DNA of 64,000 nucleotides, taken from positions 23,559-87,558 of the forward strand of contig JAADIO010000048.1 of the NCBI GenBank assembly GCA_013151235.1, given 5' to 3'. Origin of the DNA: Deltaproteobacteria bacterium. GTDB taxonomy: Bacteria > CG2-30-53-67. The translations under genes were made by a program, and so were the position numbers. The notes under the pieces are model-generated. The model saw only the letters and a list, made by a program, of their open reading frames with translations, was not told where the DNA came from and made no database searches. Of this stretch, positions 16,506 through 25,080 are shown in pieces; position 1 is the first letter of the stretch; each line of letters starts with the position of its first letter.

Positions 16506-19010
16506 TTGTCGACGATCAAGATTACATTCGATGATCAGGAATACGAAACCGAACCGGGTTTGACGGTGATCCAGGCGGCGGACCGGGTGGGGGTCTTCAT
16601 CCCCCGTTTCTGCTACCTGGAGAAGCTCTCCCCTCTTGGGGGGTGCCGCATGTGCCTGGTGGCTCTCAAGGGGGTGCCGAAGCTCCAGACGGCCTGCACG
16701 ACGCCGGCCAGGGACGGGATGGAGATTGTGACCCGTTCCGGGGAGATTCATCAGGCCCGCAAGGCGATGCTCGAGTTTCAGTTGGCGCAGCATCCCCTCG
16801 ATTGTTTTTATTGCGACAAGGCGACGGAGTGTGATCTCCAGGATCTGACCTACCTCTTTGCCGATATTGAACACCGCTACGATTTCCCGCCGCACAAGCG
16901 GGGGACGGTCTATGACAACCCGCTGATTGAGCGCAACCTCGAGCGTTGTGTCCACTGTGAACGGTGTATCCGGGTCTGTAGTGAGATCCAGGGTGCCCAT
17001 GCCGTGGTCGCAACCAAACGGGGACGGATGACGGAGATGCGTGAGGTCCCCGGCGGCGGGGAGTGTCAGTTCTGCGGCCATTGCATTGATGTCTGTCCCG
17101 TGGGGGCCAACCTCGATCGTCTCTTCACTTACGGTGGTCGTCCCTTCCAGATGGAGAAGGGGGATTCCATCTGCCCCTACTGTGGTTGCGGCTGTACGGT
17201 CAGTCTGAACATGCGGGAGGAAAAACTGGTTCGGGTCCGTCCCGGGGTCGATACGGGCGTCAACAATGGAAGCCTCTGCGCCCGGGGTCGTTTCGGCTGG
17301 GGGTTCGTCCATGACCCGGAACGGCTGACCCGTCCCCTGATTCGCAAGGAAGGAAAGTTCGTCGAGGCCGGGTGGGACGAGACCCTGCTCTACGTTGCCA
17401 CGCGTTTTGAAAAGATTATCAAGGAGAAAGGTCCGGAAGTGATCGGGGGACTCGGTTCCGTTCGCTCCACCGATGAAGCGAACTATCTCTTCCAGCGTTT
17501 CCTCCGGACGGTCATTGGAAGTAACCATATCGATAGCAGCGCCCGGCTGAATTATGCAGCGGTTCTTGCGGGATGGCTCGGGACGAAGGAGCAAGCCCGG
17601 GAGGCGACCTTTGAGGAGGTCCGGAAGGCCCGCCGGGTCCTGGTGATCGGCGCCGATCCCCTCGAGACGAATCCGATCCTGGGACTGGCCGTCAAGGCGA
17701 TGCAGAACCGGGGCGGCACACTCTGGATTGCCGATTCCAGGGTGACCCTCACGACCCGCCTTGCAAACCGTCATTTACCGATCCTGCCCGGAGCGGAAGT
17801 TCCCCTGATTCTGGCCCTGGCTCGATCCGGGTTGGAAGAACCGGCCCTGTCCGGATTTTCCGGGTCCGACGTTTCAGCACGGACCGGTCTGACATCAAAG
17901 GTACTGGATGAGATCGCGACCTTTCTCGGTGAGGATGCGGAAAAGACGGTCATCCTCGCGGGACGGGGAGTGAGCCAGGCTCCCTTCGGCGCGGCGGCGG
18001 TCTCGCTTCTGTTGCGGCTGGCCGCTGTAAGAGGCATCTCATATCTTTTTGCCCTGGACAAAAACAATGAGCGGGGAAGCTGTGAGATGGGGGTCCTGCC
18101 CGACCGCCTTCCCGGACTGGCCCCGCTGAGCGAGAAGGCGAGATTCGAAAAGGTCTGGGGGGACCGTATCCCCGATCGGCCGGGCTATTCAGCCTACGAG
18201 ATGCTCCAGGCGGCCAGGGAGAGAAAGCTTTCCGCTCTCTATATTATGGGGGAGAATCCTCTGGTTGATTTCCCTGATACGAAGTTCGTGGAGGAGGCCC
18301 TGGGATCGCTCGATTTTCTGGTGGTCCAGGATCTCTTTCTCACCCGGACGGCTTCCATGGCGGATGTGGTCTTGCCGGCGGCCGCCTTTGCGGAAAAGTC
18401 CGGGAGCTTTACCAACCTCGAAGGGCGGGTACAATTCTTTCCCTCTCTGGTCCCGGTGGCAGAAGGGGTCCGTGCGGATGCGAGAATCCTGGTGGAACTT
18501 TCCCGCAAGATGGGGAAGGGCTTTGCCTTGAAGAATATTGCCGAGGTCCGGGAGGAGATCGACTCTCTTGTCCCGATGAACGGGACCAGGAGAATGCTGC
18601 AGACCGGCGGACCGGAGATCCCTCTGCCCGGGACGGAAATGCAGTGGGGAGCGGGGGAGGACCCGGACTATCCTTCTCTTTTGATGTTGACCTCATCCCT
18701 CTACCGCAACGGGACCCTGTCGAACCGGGCGGCGGGGCTGAAGAAGGCGCAGGAAAAGGCCCATTTGCTGATGAATGAACAGGATGCAAGTCTTCTGAAA
18801 ATCGGCGAAGGGGACAAGGTGATGCTCAGCTCGAAACAGGGTGAAATCCAGGTGGGTGTCCGGCTTTCCCATGAGATTCCCGCCGGGACTCTGCAGATGC
18901 CCGAAGGATTCTCGGATGCCAACCCGAAGAGCCTCCTTTCTCATGCACTCGATCCGGTCTCCCGGACGCCGATGGCGCGCTTTGTACGCGTCAAGATAAG
19001 GAAGATCTGA
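16506..19010 (+). CDS. nuoG: NADH-quinone oxidoreductase subunit G (long form with molybdopterin-oxidoreductase-like domain)
   Basis: 834 aa. N-terminal Fe-S cysteine clusters (CRMCLV, CHCERCIRVC, CQFCGHCIDVCPVGA, CPYCGCGC). TTG start. Confidence 0.95.
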   Translation: MSTIKITFDDQEYETEPGLTVIQAADRVGVFIPRFCYLEKLSPLGGCRMCLVALKGVPKLQTACTTPARDGMEIVTRSGEIHQARKAMLEFQLAQHPLDCFYCDKATECDLQDLTYLFADIEHRYDFPPHKRGTVYDNPLIERNLERCVHCERCIRVCSEIQGAHAVVATKRGRMTEMREVPGGGECQFCGHCIDVCPVGANLDRLFTYGGRPFQMEKGDSICPYCGCGCTVSLNMREEKLVRVRPGVDTGVNNGSLCARGRFGWGFVHDPERLTRPLIRKEGKFVEAGWDETLLYVATRFEKIIKEKGPEVIGGLGSVRSTDEANYLFQRFLRTVIGSNHIDSSARLNYAAVLAGWLGTKEQAREATFEEVRKARRVLVIGADPLETNPILGLAVKAMQNRGGTLWIADSRVTLTTRLANRHLPILPGAEVPLILALARSGLEEPALSGFSGSDVSARTGLTSKVLDEIATFLGEDAEKTVILAGRGVSQAPFGAAAVSLLLRLAAVRGISYLFALDKNNERGSCEMGVLPDRLPGLAPLSEKARFEKVWGDRIPDRPGYSAYEMLQAARERKLSALYIMGENPLVDFPDTKFVEEALGSLDFLVVQDLFLTRTASMADVVLPAAAFAEKSGSFTNLEGRVQFFPSLVPVAEGVRADARILVELSRKMGKGFALKNIAEVREEIDSLVPMNGTRRMLQTGGPEIPLPGTEMQWGAGEDPDYPSLLMLTSSLYRNGTLSNRAAGLKKAQEKAHLLMNEQDASLLKIGEGDKVMLSSKQGEIQVGVRLSHEIPAGTLQMPEGFSDANPKSLLSHALDPVSRTPMARFVRVKIRKI

Positions 19011-19012
19011 CG

Positions 19013-20026
19013 ATGGCGGTACAGTTCGTAAATATGATAAAATTCCTCTGGGCACACAGTGTATTACAGATTGTGATTGTCTTTGCCTGTACCCTGCTGA
19101 TGGTCCCGATCCTGACCTGGGTGGAACGGAAGGTGATCGGTCACATGCAGGTTCGTCTCGGCCCCATGCGGGTCGGTCCCCACGGAATCCTGCAGGGGAT
19201 CGCCGACGGAGTCAAACTCCTCCTGAAGGAAAACATCGTTCCTTCCGGTGCGGACAAGCAGATCTTTATCCTGGCGCCGATCCTCTCGTTGGTTCCGGCG
19301 ATGATCGCCTTTTCCGTGATTCCTTTTGACAAGTGGTTCTATATTACCGATATCAATATTGCGGTTCTCTATGTGCTGGCGATCTCTTCGGTGGGGACCT
19401 ACGGGATTATTCTGGCCGGCTGGTCGTCGAACAGTAAGTATGCCCTCCTGGGGGCGTTGCGGTCGGCGGCGCAGGTCATCAGTTATGAACTTGCCATCGG
19501 TCTGGCCCTCGTCGGCCCCCTGATGATGGCGGGGACCCTGAGCATGGTGGGGATCACGAAGGCCCAGGCGCAGCACTGGTTCCTTCTTCCGCAGATCCTC
19601 GGATTCTTCATCTATTTCGTGGCCATGCTCGCCGAGACGAACCGGGCCCCCTTTGATCTGCCCGAGGCGGAGACGGAACTGGTGGCGGGGTTCCATGTGG
19701 AATACAGCGGCATGCGCTTTGCCTTCTTCTTCATCGCCGAGTATGCCAACATGGTCCTCGTCTCCTCCATGGCCACGGTCATGTTCCTGGGCGGATGGAA
19801 CCCGCCCTTCCAGGCCTTCGAGGTGATGCACGTGCTGCAGCGTGTGCCGGGGATCTTCTGGTTTTTCGGCAAGATTTCATTTCTTCTTTTCTGCTTTTTC
19901 TGGGTGCGGGCGACCTTCCCCCGCTTTCGCTATGATCAACTGATGCGGCTGGGGTGGAAGGTACTCATTCCGCTGGCCTTTGCAAATATCCTGGGAACGG
20001 GGATCGTCCTTGCGCTTCTGAGGTAG
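19013..20026 (+). CDS. nuoH: NADH-quinone oxidoreductase subunit H
   Basis: ND1 family polytopic membrane protein; ETNRAPFDLPEAETELVAGFHVEYSG. Confidence 0.95.
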   Translation: MAVQFVNMIKFLWAHSVLQIVIVFACTLLMVPILTWVERKVIGHMQVRLGPMRVGPHGILQGIADGVKLLLKENIVPSGADKQIFILAPILSLVPAMIAFSVIPFDKWFYITDINIAVLYVLAISSVGTYGIILAGWSSNSKYALLGALRSAAQVISYELAIGLALVGPLMMAGTLSMVGITKAQAQHWFLLPQILGFFIYFVAMLAETNRAPFDLPEAETELVAGFHVEYSGMRFAFFFIAEYANMVLVSSMATVMFLGGWNPPFQAFEVMHVLQRVPGIFWFFGKISFLLFCFFWVRATFPRFRYDQLMRLGWKVLIPLAFANILGTGIVLALLR

Positions 20027-20052
20027 ATCGGGTATAAAAAGGAACATTTCAA

Positions 20053-20550
20053 TTGTCCGGTTCATTTAAAAAATTTATCCGAACCGTCACGCTCGTTGAT
20101 CTGATCAAGGGGCTCGCCCTGACCGGGGGTGTCTGGGTCAGGAGCATTGTGACGCCGAAACATGTACTGGTTACCCGGCAATATCCGGAAGAAAAACGGC
20201 CGTCCTTTCCCAATTTCAAGGGGCACCACGGGTTCCTGCTCAAGGAGGACGGCTCGCTCAAGTGCGTCGGGTGCGGGATCTGCGCCGGGGTTTGTCCCGC
20301 CAAGGCGATCCGTGTTTACACCGAGGAGGGAAAGGACCATGAGAAGGTCGTCACCGGCTATGAGGTCGACGCCTTCCGGTGTATCTACTGCGGATTCTGC
20401 GAGGAGGCATGCCCCAAGGATGCCATCATCCTGACCCGGCTCTACGAGTTGGCCGATTACGATAATCGGGAACAATACCGCTGGAAGATGGACCGGCTCA
20501 TCGAGGTCGGGAAAAAACGTCCGCTCTTCCGGGATGAAGTCAAACTGTAA
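20053..20550 (+). CDS. nuoI: NADH-quinone oxidoreductase subunit I
   Basis: Two 4Fe-4S motifs (CVGCGICAGVCP, CIYCGFCEEACP). TTG start. Confidence 0.93.
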   Translation: MSGSFKKFIRTVTLVDLIKGLALTGGVWVRSIVTPKHVLVTRQYPEEKRPSFPNFKGHHGFLLKEDGSLKCVGCGICAGVCPAKAIRVYTEEGKDHEKVVTGYEVDAFRCIYCGFCEEACPKDAIILTRLYELADYDNREQYRWKMDRLIEVGKKRPLFRDEVKL

Positions 20551-20559
20551 GGACACTCC

Positions 20560-21090
20560 ATGTTCGGAACCATATTCTTCTATTATCTCTTTTTCATGAT
20601 CCTGGCCTCGGCGGTGATGATGGTCACCCGGAAGCATGTGGTCCATTCCGTCCTCTATATGCTCCTCATGTTCTTCCATGTGGCCGGTCTCTATATCCTC
20701 CTCGATGCGGAATTTCTGGCGGCGATCCAGATGATCGTCTATGCCGGGGCGATTCTGGTTCTTTATCTCTTTGTCATCATGCTGGTGAGCATCAAGACGG
20801 AGCGTACCCTGCGGGAGCAGCTCTTCGGACATCTCCCCTTTGCCCTGGTCAGCGCCGGGCTCCTCTGTGCCGGTGTCGTGACGGTCCTGATCCGGGAGAC
20901 CCTCTTGAAAAAACCGCCGGAGGCCGTGGTCCGGGCATCGACATTGAGCAACCCCGAGGCATTGGGCCAGGTCCTTTATACGCAGTATCTCTTTCCCTTC
21001 GAGGTCGCCTCCCTGATCCTGCTGGTGGCGCTCGTGGGAGCGGTGTTGATTGCCGGTCGAAAGAACGTAGATACGACGGAGAATAAATAA
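20560..21090 (+). CDS. nuoJ: NADH-quinone oxidoreductase subunit J
   Basis: 176-aa ND6-like membrane protein in the conserved position. Confidence 0.88.
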   Translation: MFGTIFFYYLFFMILASAVMMVTRKHVVHSVLYMLLMFFHVAGLYILLDAEFLAAIQMIVYAGAILVLYLFVIMLVSIKTERTLREQLFGHLPFALVSAGLLCAGVVTVLIRETLLKKPPEAVVRASTLSNPEALGQVLYTQYLFPFEVASLILLVALVGAVLIAGRKNVDTTENK

Positions 21091-21395
21091 TGACGATTAC
21101 GCTGGAACATTACATCCTTCTGGGTTCGCTCCTTTTCTTCATCGGCATGGCGGGGTTTCTGATTCGCCGCAATGTCTTTCTCATGTTCATGTGCATTGAA
21201 CTGATGATGAACGGTGTCAATATCTGTTTTGTATCGTTTGCTCGCTATTACCATAATCTTTCCGGTCAGGTCTTCGTTCTGTTTGTCATGACCGTTGCGG
21301 CGGCCGAGGCGGCCGTGGGACTGGCGATTATCCTGACGCTTTACCGGAATCGAGAGACGTTGAATGCGGATGAGTTTTGCCTGATGAAACATTGA
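21090..21395 (+). CDS. nuoK: NADH-quinone oxidoreductase subunit K
   Basis: 101 aa, three TM helices, ND4L-like. The ATG overlaps the nuoJ stop. Confidence 0.9.
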   Translation: MTITLEHYILLGSLLFFIGMAGFLIRRNVFLMFMCIELMMNGVNICFVSFARYYHNLSGQVFVLFVMTVAAAEAAVGLAIILTLYRNRETLNADEFCLMKH

Positions 21396-21396
21396 C

Positions 21397-21520
21397 GGCT
21401 TTGCAAAAAGTCCGTCTGCGGCGTTTATCAGGTTTTGAGTTCATTGCGGCGTACAACGAATGTACGCCGCATTCCTCAAAACCTTCGCGCCTTGCATACG
21501 GAGCTTTTTATCGTGCCGTC
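21397..21520 (+). repeat. Palindromic MITE/REP-like element, family A, copy 1 (nuoK-nuoL spacer)
   Basis: About 124 bp, self-complementary. Central hairpin GCGGCGTACA-ACGAA-TGTACGCCGC, flanked by AGGTTTTGAG/CTCAAAACCT. A second inverted copy lies at 53419-53541. Confidence 0.75.
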
Positions 21521-21522
21521 TT

Positions 21523-21565
21523 AAAAAAGGAAAAGGTCTGATGAGACCTGACCTTTTCCTTTTTT
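21523..21565. terminator. Bidirectional intrinsic-terminator-like hairpin inside the nuo operon
   Basis: AAAAAAGGAAAAGGTC (21523-21538) pairs perfectly with GACCTTTTCCTTTTTT (21550-21565) across an 11-nt loop. The A-tract and T-tract arms give terminator geometry on both strands. Confidence 0.55.
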
Positions 21566-21581
21566 AATAAGGAGAACCTTC

Positions 21582-23537
21582 TTGGTACAGACACCGACTT
21601 GGATCCATATTCTGATCCCCGGCCTGCCTTTGCTGGCCTTTGTGATCAACGGCCTCTTCGGCAGGATTTTGAAGACCCGGGCCGCTTACGTCTCCATCGG
21701 GGCGGTGGTCCTCTCCTGCGTCCTCTCCCTGGTCACCCTCGGCCAGGTCCTTGCCGGGAGCCGTTTCTATGGGACCGTCTATGAATGGATCGGGGCGGGG
21801 AATTTCCGGGTCTCCATCGGTCTCAATATCGACCCGTTGTCCGCCGCCATGATTGCCATGGTGACCTTTGTCGCCTCCCTGATCCATATCTATTCCGTAG
21901 GCTACATGCACGGCGACCGCGGGGTCGCCCGCTTCTTCGCCTACCTCTCGCTCTTTACCTTCTCCATGCTCGTTCTGGTCCTGGCGAACAACTTCCTGCT
22001 GCTCTATTTAGGGTGGGAGGCGGTGGGACTCTGCTCCTATCTCCTGATCGGTTTCTGGTATGAAAAGAAGTCGGCCGCGGATGCCGGCAAGAAAGCCTTT
22101 GTCGTCAACCGGGTCGGGGACTTCGGTTTCGGTCTGGGGGTGATGCTCATCTTCGTCACCTTCGGGAGCCTCGACTACCATACCGTTTTTGCCGGGGTCC
22201 CCGGCATCCTCGGCCGGACCCTGGCGATCCCTCTTGGGGTGACGACGATTCAGGCAAGCCTTGTGACGGTGATCTGTCTCCTCCTCTTTGTCGGGGCCAT
22301 GGGAAAATCGGCACAGTTCCCGCTCCATGTATGGCTTCCGGACGCGATGGAGGGACCGACGCCGGTCTCCGCCCTGATCCATGCAGCGACCATGGTCACG
22401 GCCGGGGTCTACATGGTGGCCCGTGCAAACCCGCTCTTCGCCGAGTCGAAGACGGCCCTCATGGTGGTCGGGATCGTCGGAGGTTTTACGGCCTTCTTCG
22501 CGGCGACGATCGCCCTGGCGCAGAACGATATCAAGCGGGTTCTTGCCTATTCGACGGTGAGCCAGCTCGGATACATGTTCCTGGCGCTGGGCATCGGGGC
22601 CTGGACGGCGGCGATCTTCCACCTGCTGACCCATGCCTTCTTCAAGGCCCTCCTCTTCCTCGGTTCCGGCGCGGTGATCCATGCCATGTCGGGCGAGCAG
22701 GATATGCGGAAGATGGGAGCGCTCCGAAAGAAAATCCCCTGGACCTACTGGACCTTTATCGTGGCGACCCTGGCCATCTCCGGCATTCCTCCCTTCGCCG
22801 GTTTTTTCAGCAAGGACGAGATCCTCTGGAAGGCCTTCTCTTACGGCACGACCTATGGAATGATTCTCTATGTCCTGGGTGCTTCGGCGGCGCTCCTGAC
22901 CGCCTTCTATATGTTCCGGCTGATCTTTCTGACCTTCCACGGCGAGTCCCGGGTGGAACCGGAGCCAGCCCGGCATCTCCATGAATCTCCCTGGAACATG
23001 GTCGTCCCACTGGTCGTCCTGGCCCTCTTTTCAGCGATCGCCGGTTTTGCCGGGGTACCCGAGGTCTGGGGCGGAGCAAACCGGATCCATCATTTTCTGG
23101 GGCCCGTCTTTGGTCACGGTGCCGCCGGGGGGATCGTCCATGCCTCGGCGGCCGGTCTCGAACAGCTCATGGCCGGCGTGTCGGTCCTGATTGCCTCGGC
23201 CGGGATCCTTCTTGCCTGGTGGATGTATATCGCGAATCCCGCACTTCCGGGGAGGGTGGCTTCCGCCTTGGGCGGTCTCTACCGGGCGGTTCTGAATAAA
23301 TGGTATTGCGACGAGATTTATGATGCCCTCCTTGTCAATCCCTGCAAACGTTTCGGCACCTTTCTCTGGGAGATCATCGATGCCGGGCTGATCGACGGGA
23401 TCGTCAACGGCACGGCCGCCCTGGTTCATTTCTGCGGGGAACGGATCCGGCGGCTGCAGACGGGGCATGTCGAAAATTATGCCCTCTTCATGGTGTTGGG
23501 GATCGTGGTGATTCTCGGATTCTATCTTCTGATCTGA
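21582..23537 (+). CDS. nuoL: NADH-quinone oxidoreductase subunit L
   Basis: 651-aa ND5-family antiporter-like subunit. TTG start preceded by AAGGAG. Confidence 0.94.
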   Translation: MVQTPTWIHILIPGLPLLAFVINGLFGRILKTRAAYVSIGAVVLSCVLSLVTLGQVLAGSRFYGTVYEWIGAGNFRVSIGLNIDPLSAAMIAMVTFVASLIHIYSVGYMHGDRGVARFFAYLSLFTFSMLVLVLANNFLLLYLGWEAVGLCSYLLIGFWYEKKSAADAGKKAFVVNRVGDFGFGLGVMLIFVTFGSLDYHTVFAGVPGILGRTLAIPLGVTTIQASLVTVICLLLFVGAMGKSAQFPLHVWLPDAMEGPTPVSALIHAATMVTAGVYMVARANPLFAESKTALMVVGIVGGFTAFFAATIALAQNDIKRVLAYSTVSQLGYMFLALGIGAWTAAIFHLLTHAFFKALLFLGSGAVIHAMSGEQDMRKMGALRKKIPWTYWTFIVATLAISGIPPFAGFFSKDEILWKAFSYGTTYGMILYVLGASAALLTAFYMFRLIFLTFHGESRVEPEPARHLHESPWNMVVPLVVLALFSAIAGFAGVPEVWGGANRIHHFLGPVFGHGAAGGIVHASAAGLEQLMAGVSVLIASAGILLAWWMYIANPALPGRVASALGGLYRAVLNKWYCDEIYDALLVNPCKRFGTFLWEIIDAGLIDGIVNGTAALVHFCGERIRRLQTGHVENYALFMVLGIVVILGFYLLI

Positions 23538-23549
23538 CAGGCGGGAGCG

Positions 23550-25058
23550 ATGACGGAACATATCTTAAGTTACATTACCTTTTTCCCCCTGGCCGGTGTG
23601 GTCCTGCTTCTGTTGACACCGAGGGGCAGGGATGAGGCGGTCCGCAAGGTCTCCTTCACCGCCTCCCTGATCACCTTTGCCCTCTCTCTCTATCCGCTTC
23701 TCCGTTTCGACCGGGGGTCCTTCCGGATGCAGTTCACGGAATCGGTCCCCTGGATCCCGGCCTGGGGCGTTCATTATTCCGTCGGTGTCGACGGTATCAG
23801 CCTTTTGATGGTCGCCCTGACCACTCTTCTGTCCATGATTGCGATTCTCTCGTCGTGGACGGCGGTTCGGGAACGGGTAAAAGAGTACATGATTGCCCTG
23901 CTGGTTCTGGAAACGGCCATGCTGGGGGTTTTTGTCTCGACCGATCTCTTCCTTTTTTATATCTTCTGGGAACTGGAACTGATTCCCATGTTCTTTCTCA
24001 TCGGGATCTGGGGCGGCCCCCGCAGGCATTATGCTGCGATCAAGTTCTTTCTTTATACCCTGGCCGGATCGGTCCTGATGATGGTGGCGATCCTGGCCCT
24101 CTACGTCCATAGCGGGGCTCATCCGACCTTCGATCTTGCGACCCTGACGTCGGCGGCCGGAGGGTTCAGCCCGAAGTTTCAGTTCTGGGTCTTCTGGGCC
24201 TTTTTTATGGGGTTTGCTTTCAAGGTGCCCATGTTCCCCTTTCATACGTGGCTTCCCGATGCCCACGTGGAGGCGCCAACGGCCGGTTCCGTGATCCTGG
24301 CAGGGGTTTTGTTGAAAATGGGGATCTACGGGTTCCTCCGTCTTGCCATCCCCCTCTGCCCCCGGATCGTCCTGCGGCCGGAGACGGTGACGATCATGAT
24401 GGCCCTCGCTGCGGTGGCCATTATTTACGGGGCGCTGGTGGCGATGATGCAGAAGGACATGAAGAAGCTCGTGGCCTACTCCTCGGTCTCCCACATGGGG
24501 TATGTCATGCTCGGCATCTTTGCTTATAATCTCCAGGGGGTCTCCGGCGGGATCCTCCAGATGTTCAATCACGGTGTTGTTACGGGCGCTCTTTTCCTGA
24601 TCGTCGGGATGCTCTACGAACGGCGCCATACCCGGATGATTGCCGACTTCGGCGGGATCGCAAAGGTCATGCCGCTCTATGCAGCGCTCTTTCTGATCTT
24701 TACCCTGGCCTCCATCGGGATGCCCGGAACGAACGGTTTCATCGGGGAATTCCTGATTCTGATCGGCGCCTTTGCCTCCCATTACCGGATCGCCGCCGTG
24801 GTCGGCGCCTTCGGGATTATCCTCGGTGCGGGATACATGCTCTGGCTCTATCAACGGGTGATCTTCAACCCGATGGTACACAAGTCGAACCAGGGACTGG
24901 CCGATCTCAGCCTCCGGGAGGTGGTGACGCTGGCGCCGCTTCTGATCCTGGTCTTCTGGATCGGTTTCTATCCGGCGCCCTTTCTGAATCTCCTCAATGC
25001 TTCGGTAACGCACTTGATCGCACCGCTTTCGGCCTATTCTGTGGCGATGTTGCCATGA
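23550..25058 (+). CDS. nuoM: NADH-quinone oxidoreductase subunit M
   Basis: 502-aa ND4-family antiporter-like subunit. Confidence 0.94.
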   Translation: MTEHILSYITFFPLAGVVLLLLTPRGRDEAVRKVSFTASLITFALSLYPLLRFDRGSFRMQFTESVPWIPAWGVHYSVGVDGISLLMVALTTLLSMIAILSSWTAVRERVKEYMIALLVLETAMLGVFVSTDLFLFYIFWELELIPMFFLIGIWGGPRRHYAAIKFFLYTLAGSVLMMVAILALYVHSGAHPTFDLATLTSAAGGFSPKFQFWVFWAFFMGFAFKVPMFPFHTWLPDAHVEAPTAGSVILAGVLLKMGIYGFLRLAIPLCPRIVLRPETVTIMMALAAVAIIYGALVAMMQKDMKKLVAYSSVSHMGYVMLGIFAYNLQGVSGGILQMFNHGVVTGALFLIVGMLYERRHTRMIADFGGIAKVMPLYAALFLIFTLASIGMPGTNGFIGEFLILIGAFASHYRIAAVVGAFGIILGAGYMLWLYQRVIFNPMVHKSNQGLADLSLREVVTLAPLLILVFWIGFYPAPFLNLLNASVTHLIAPLSAYSVAMLP

Positions 25059-25080
25059 TATCTTTGAACGGGAGAAGAGG

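Noticed and set aside
16473-17774. 433-aa ORF antisense to nuoG
   Set aside because: Same reasoning: the sense strand carries the NuoG Fe-S cysteine clusters, and the antisense translation is low-complexity.
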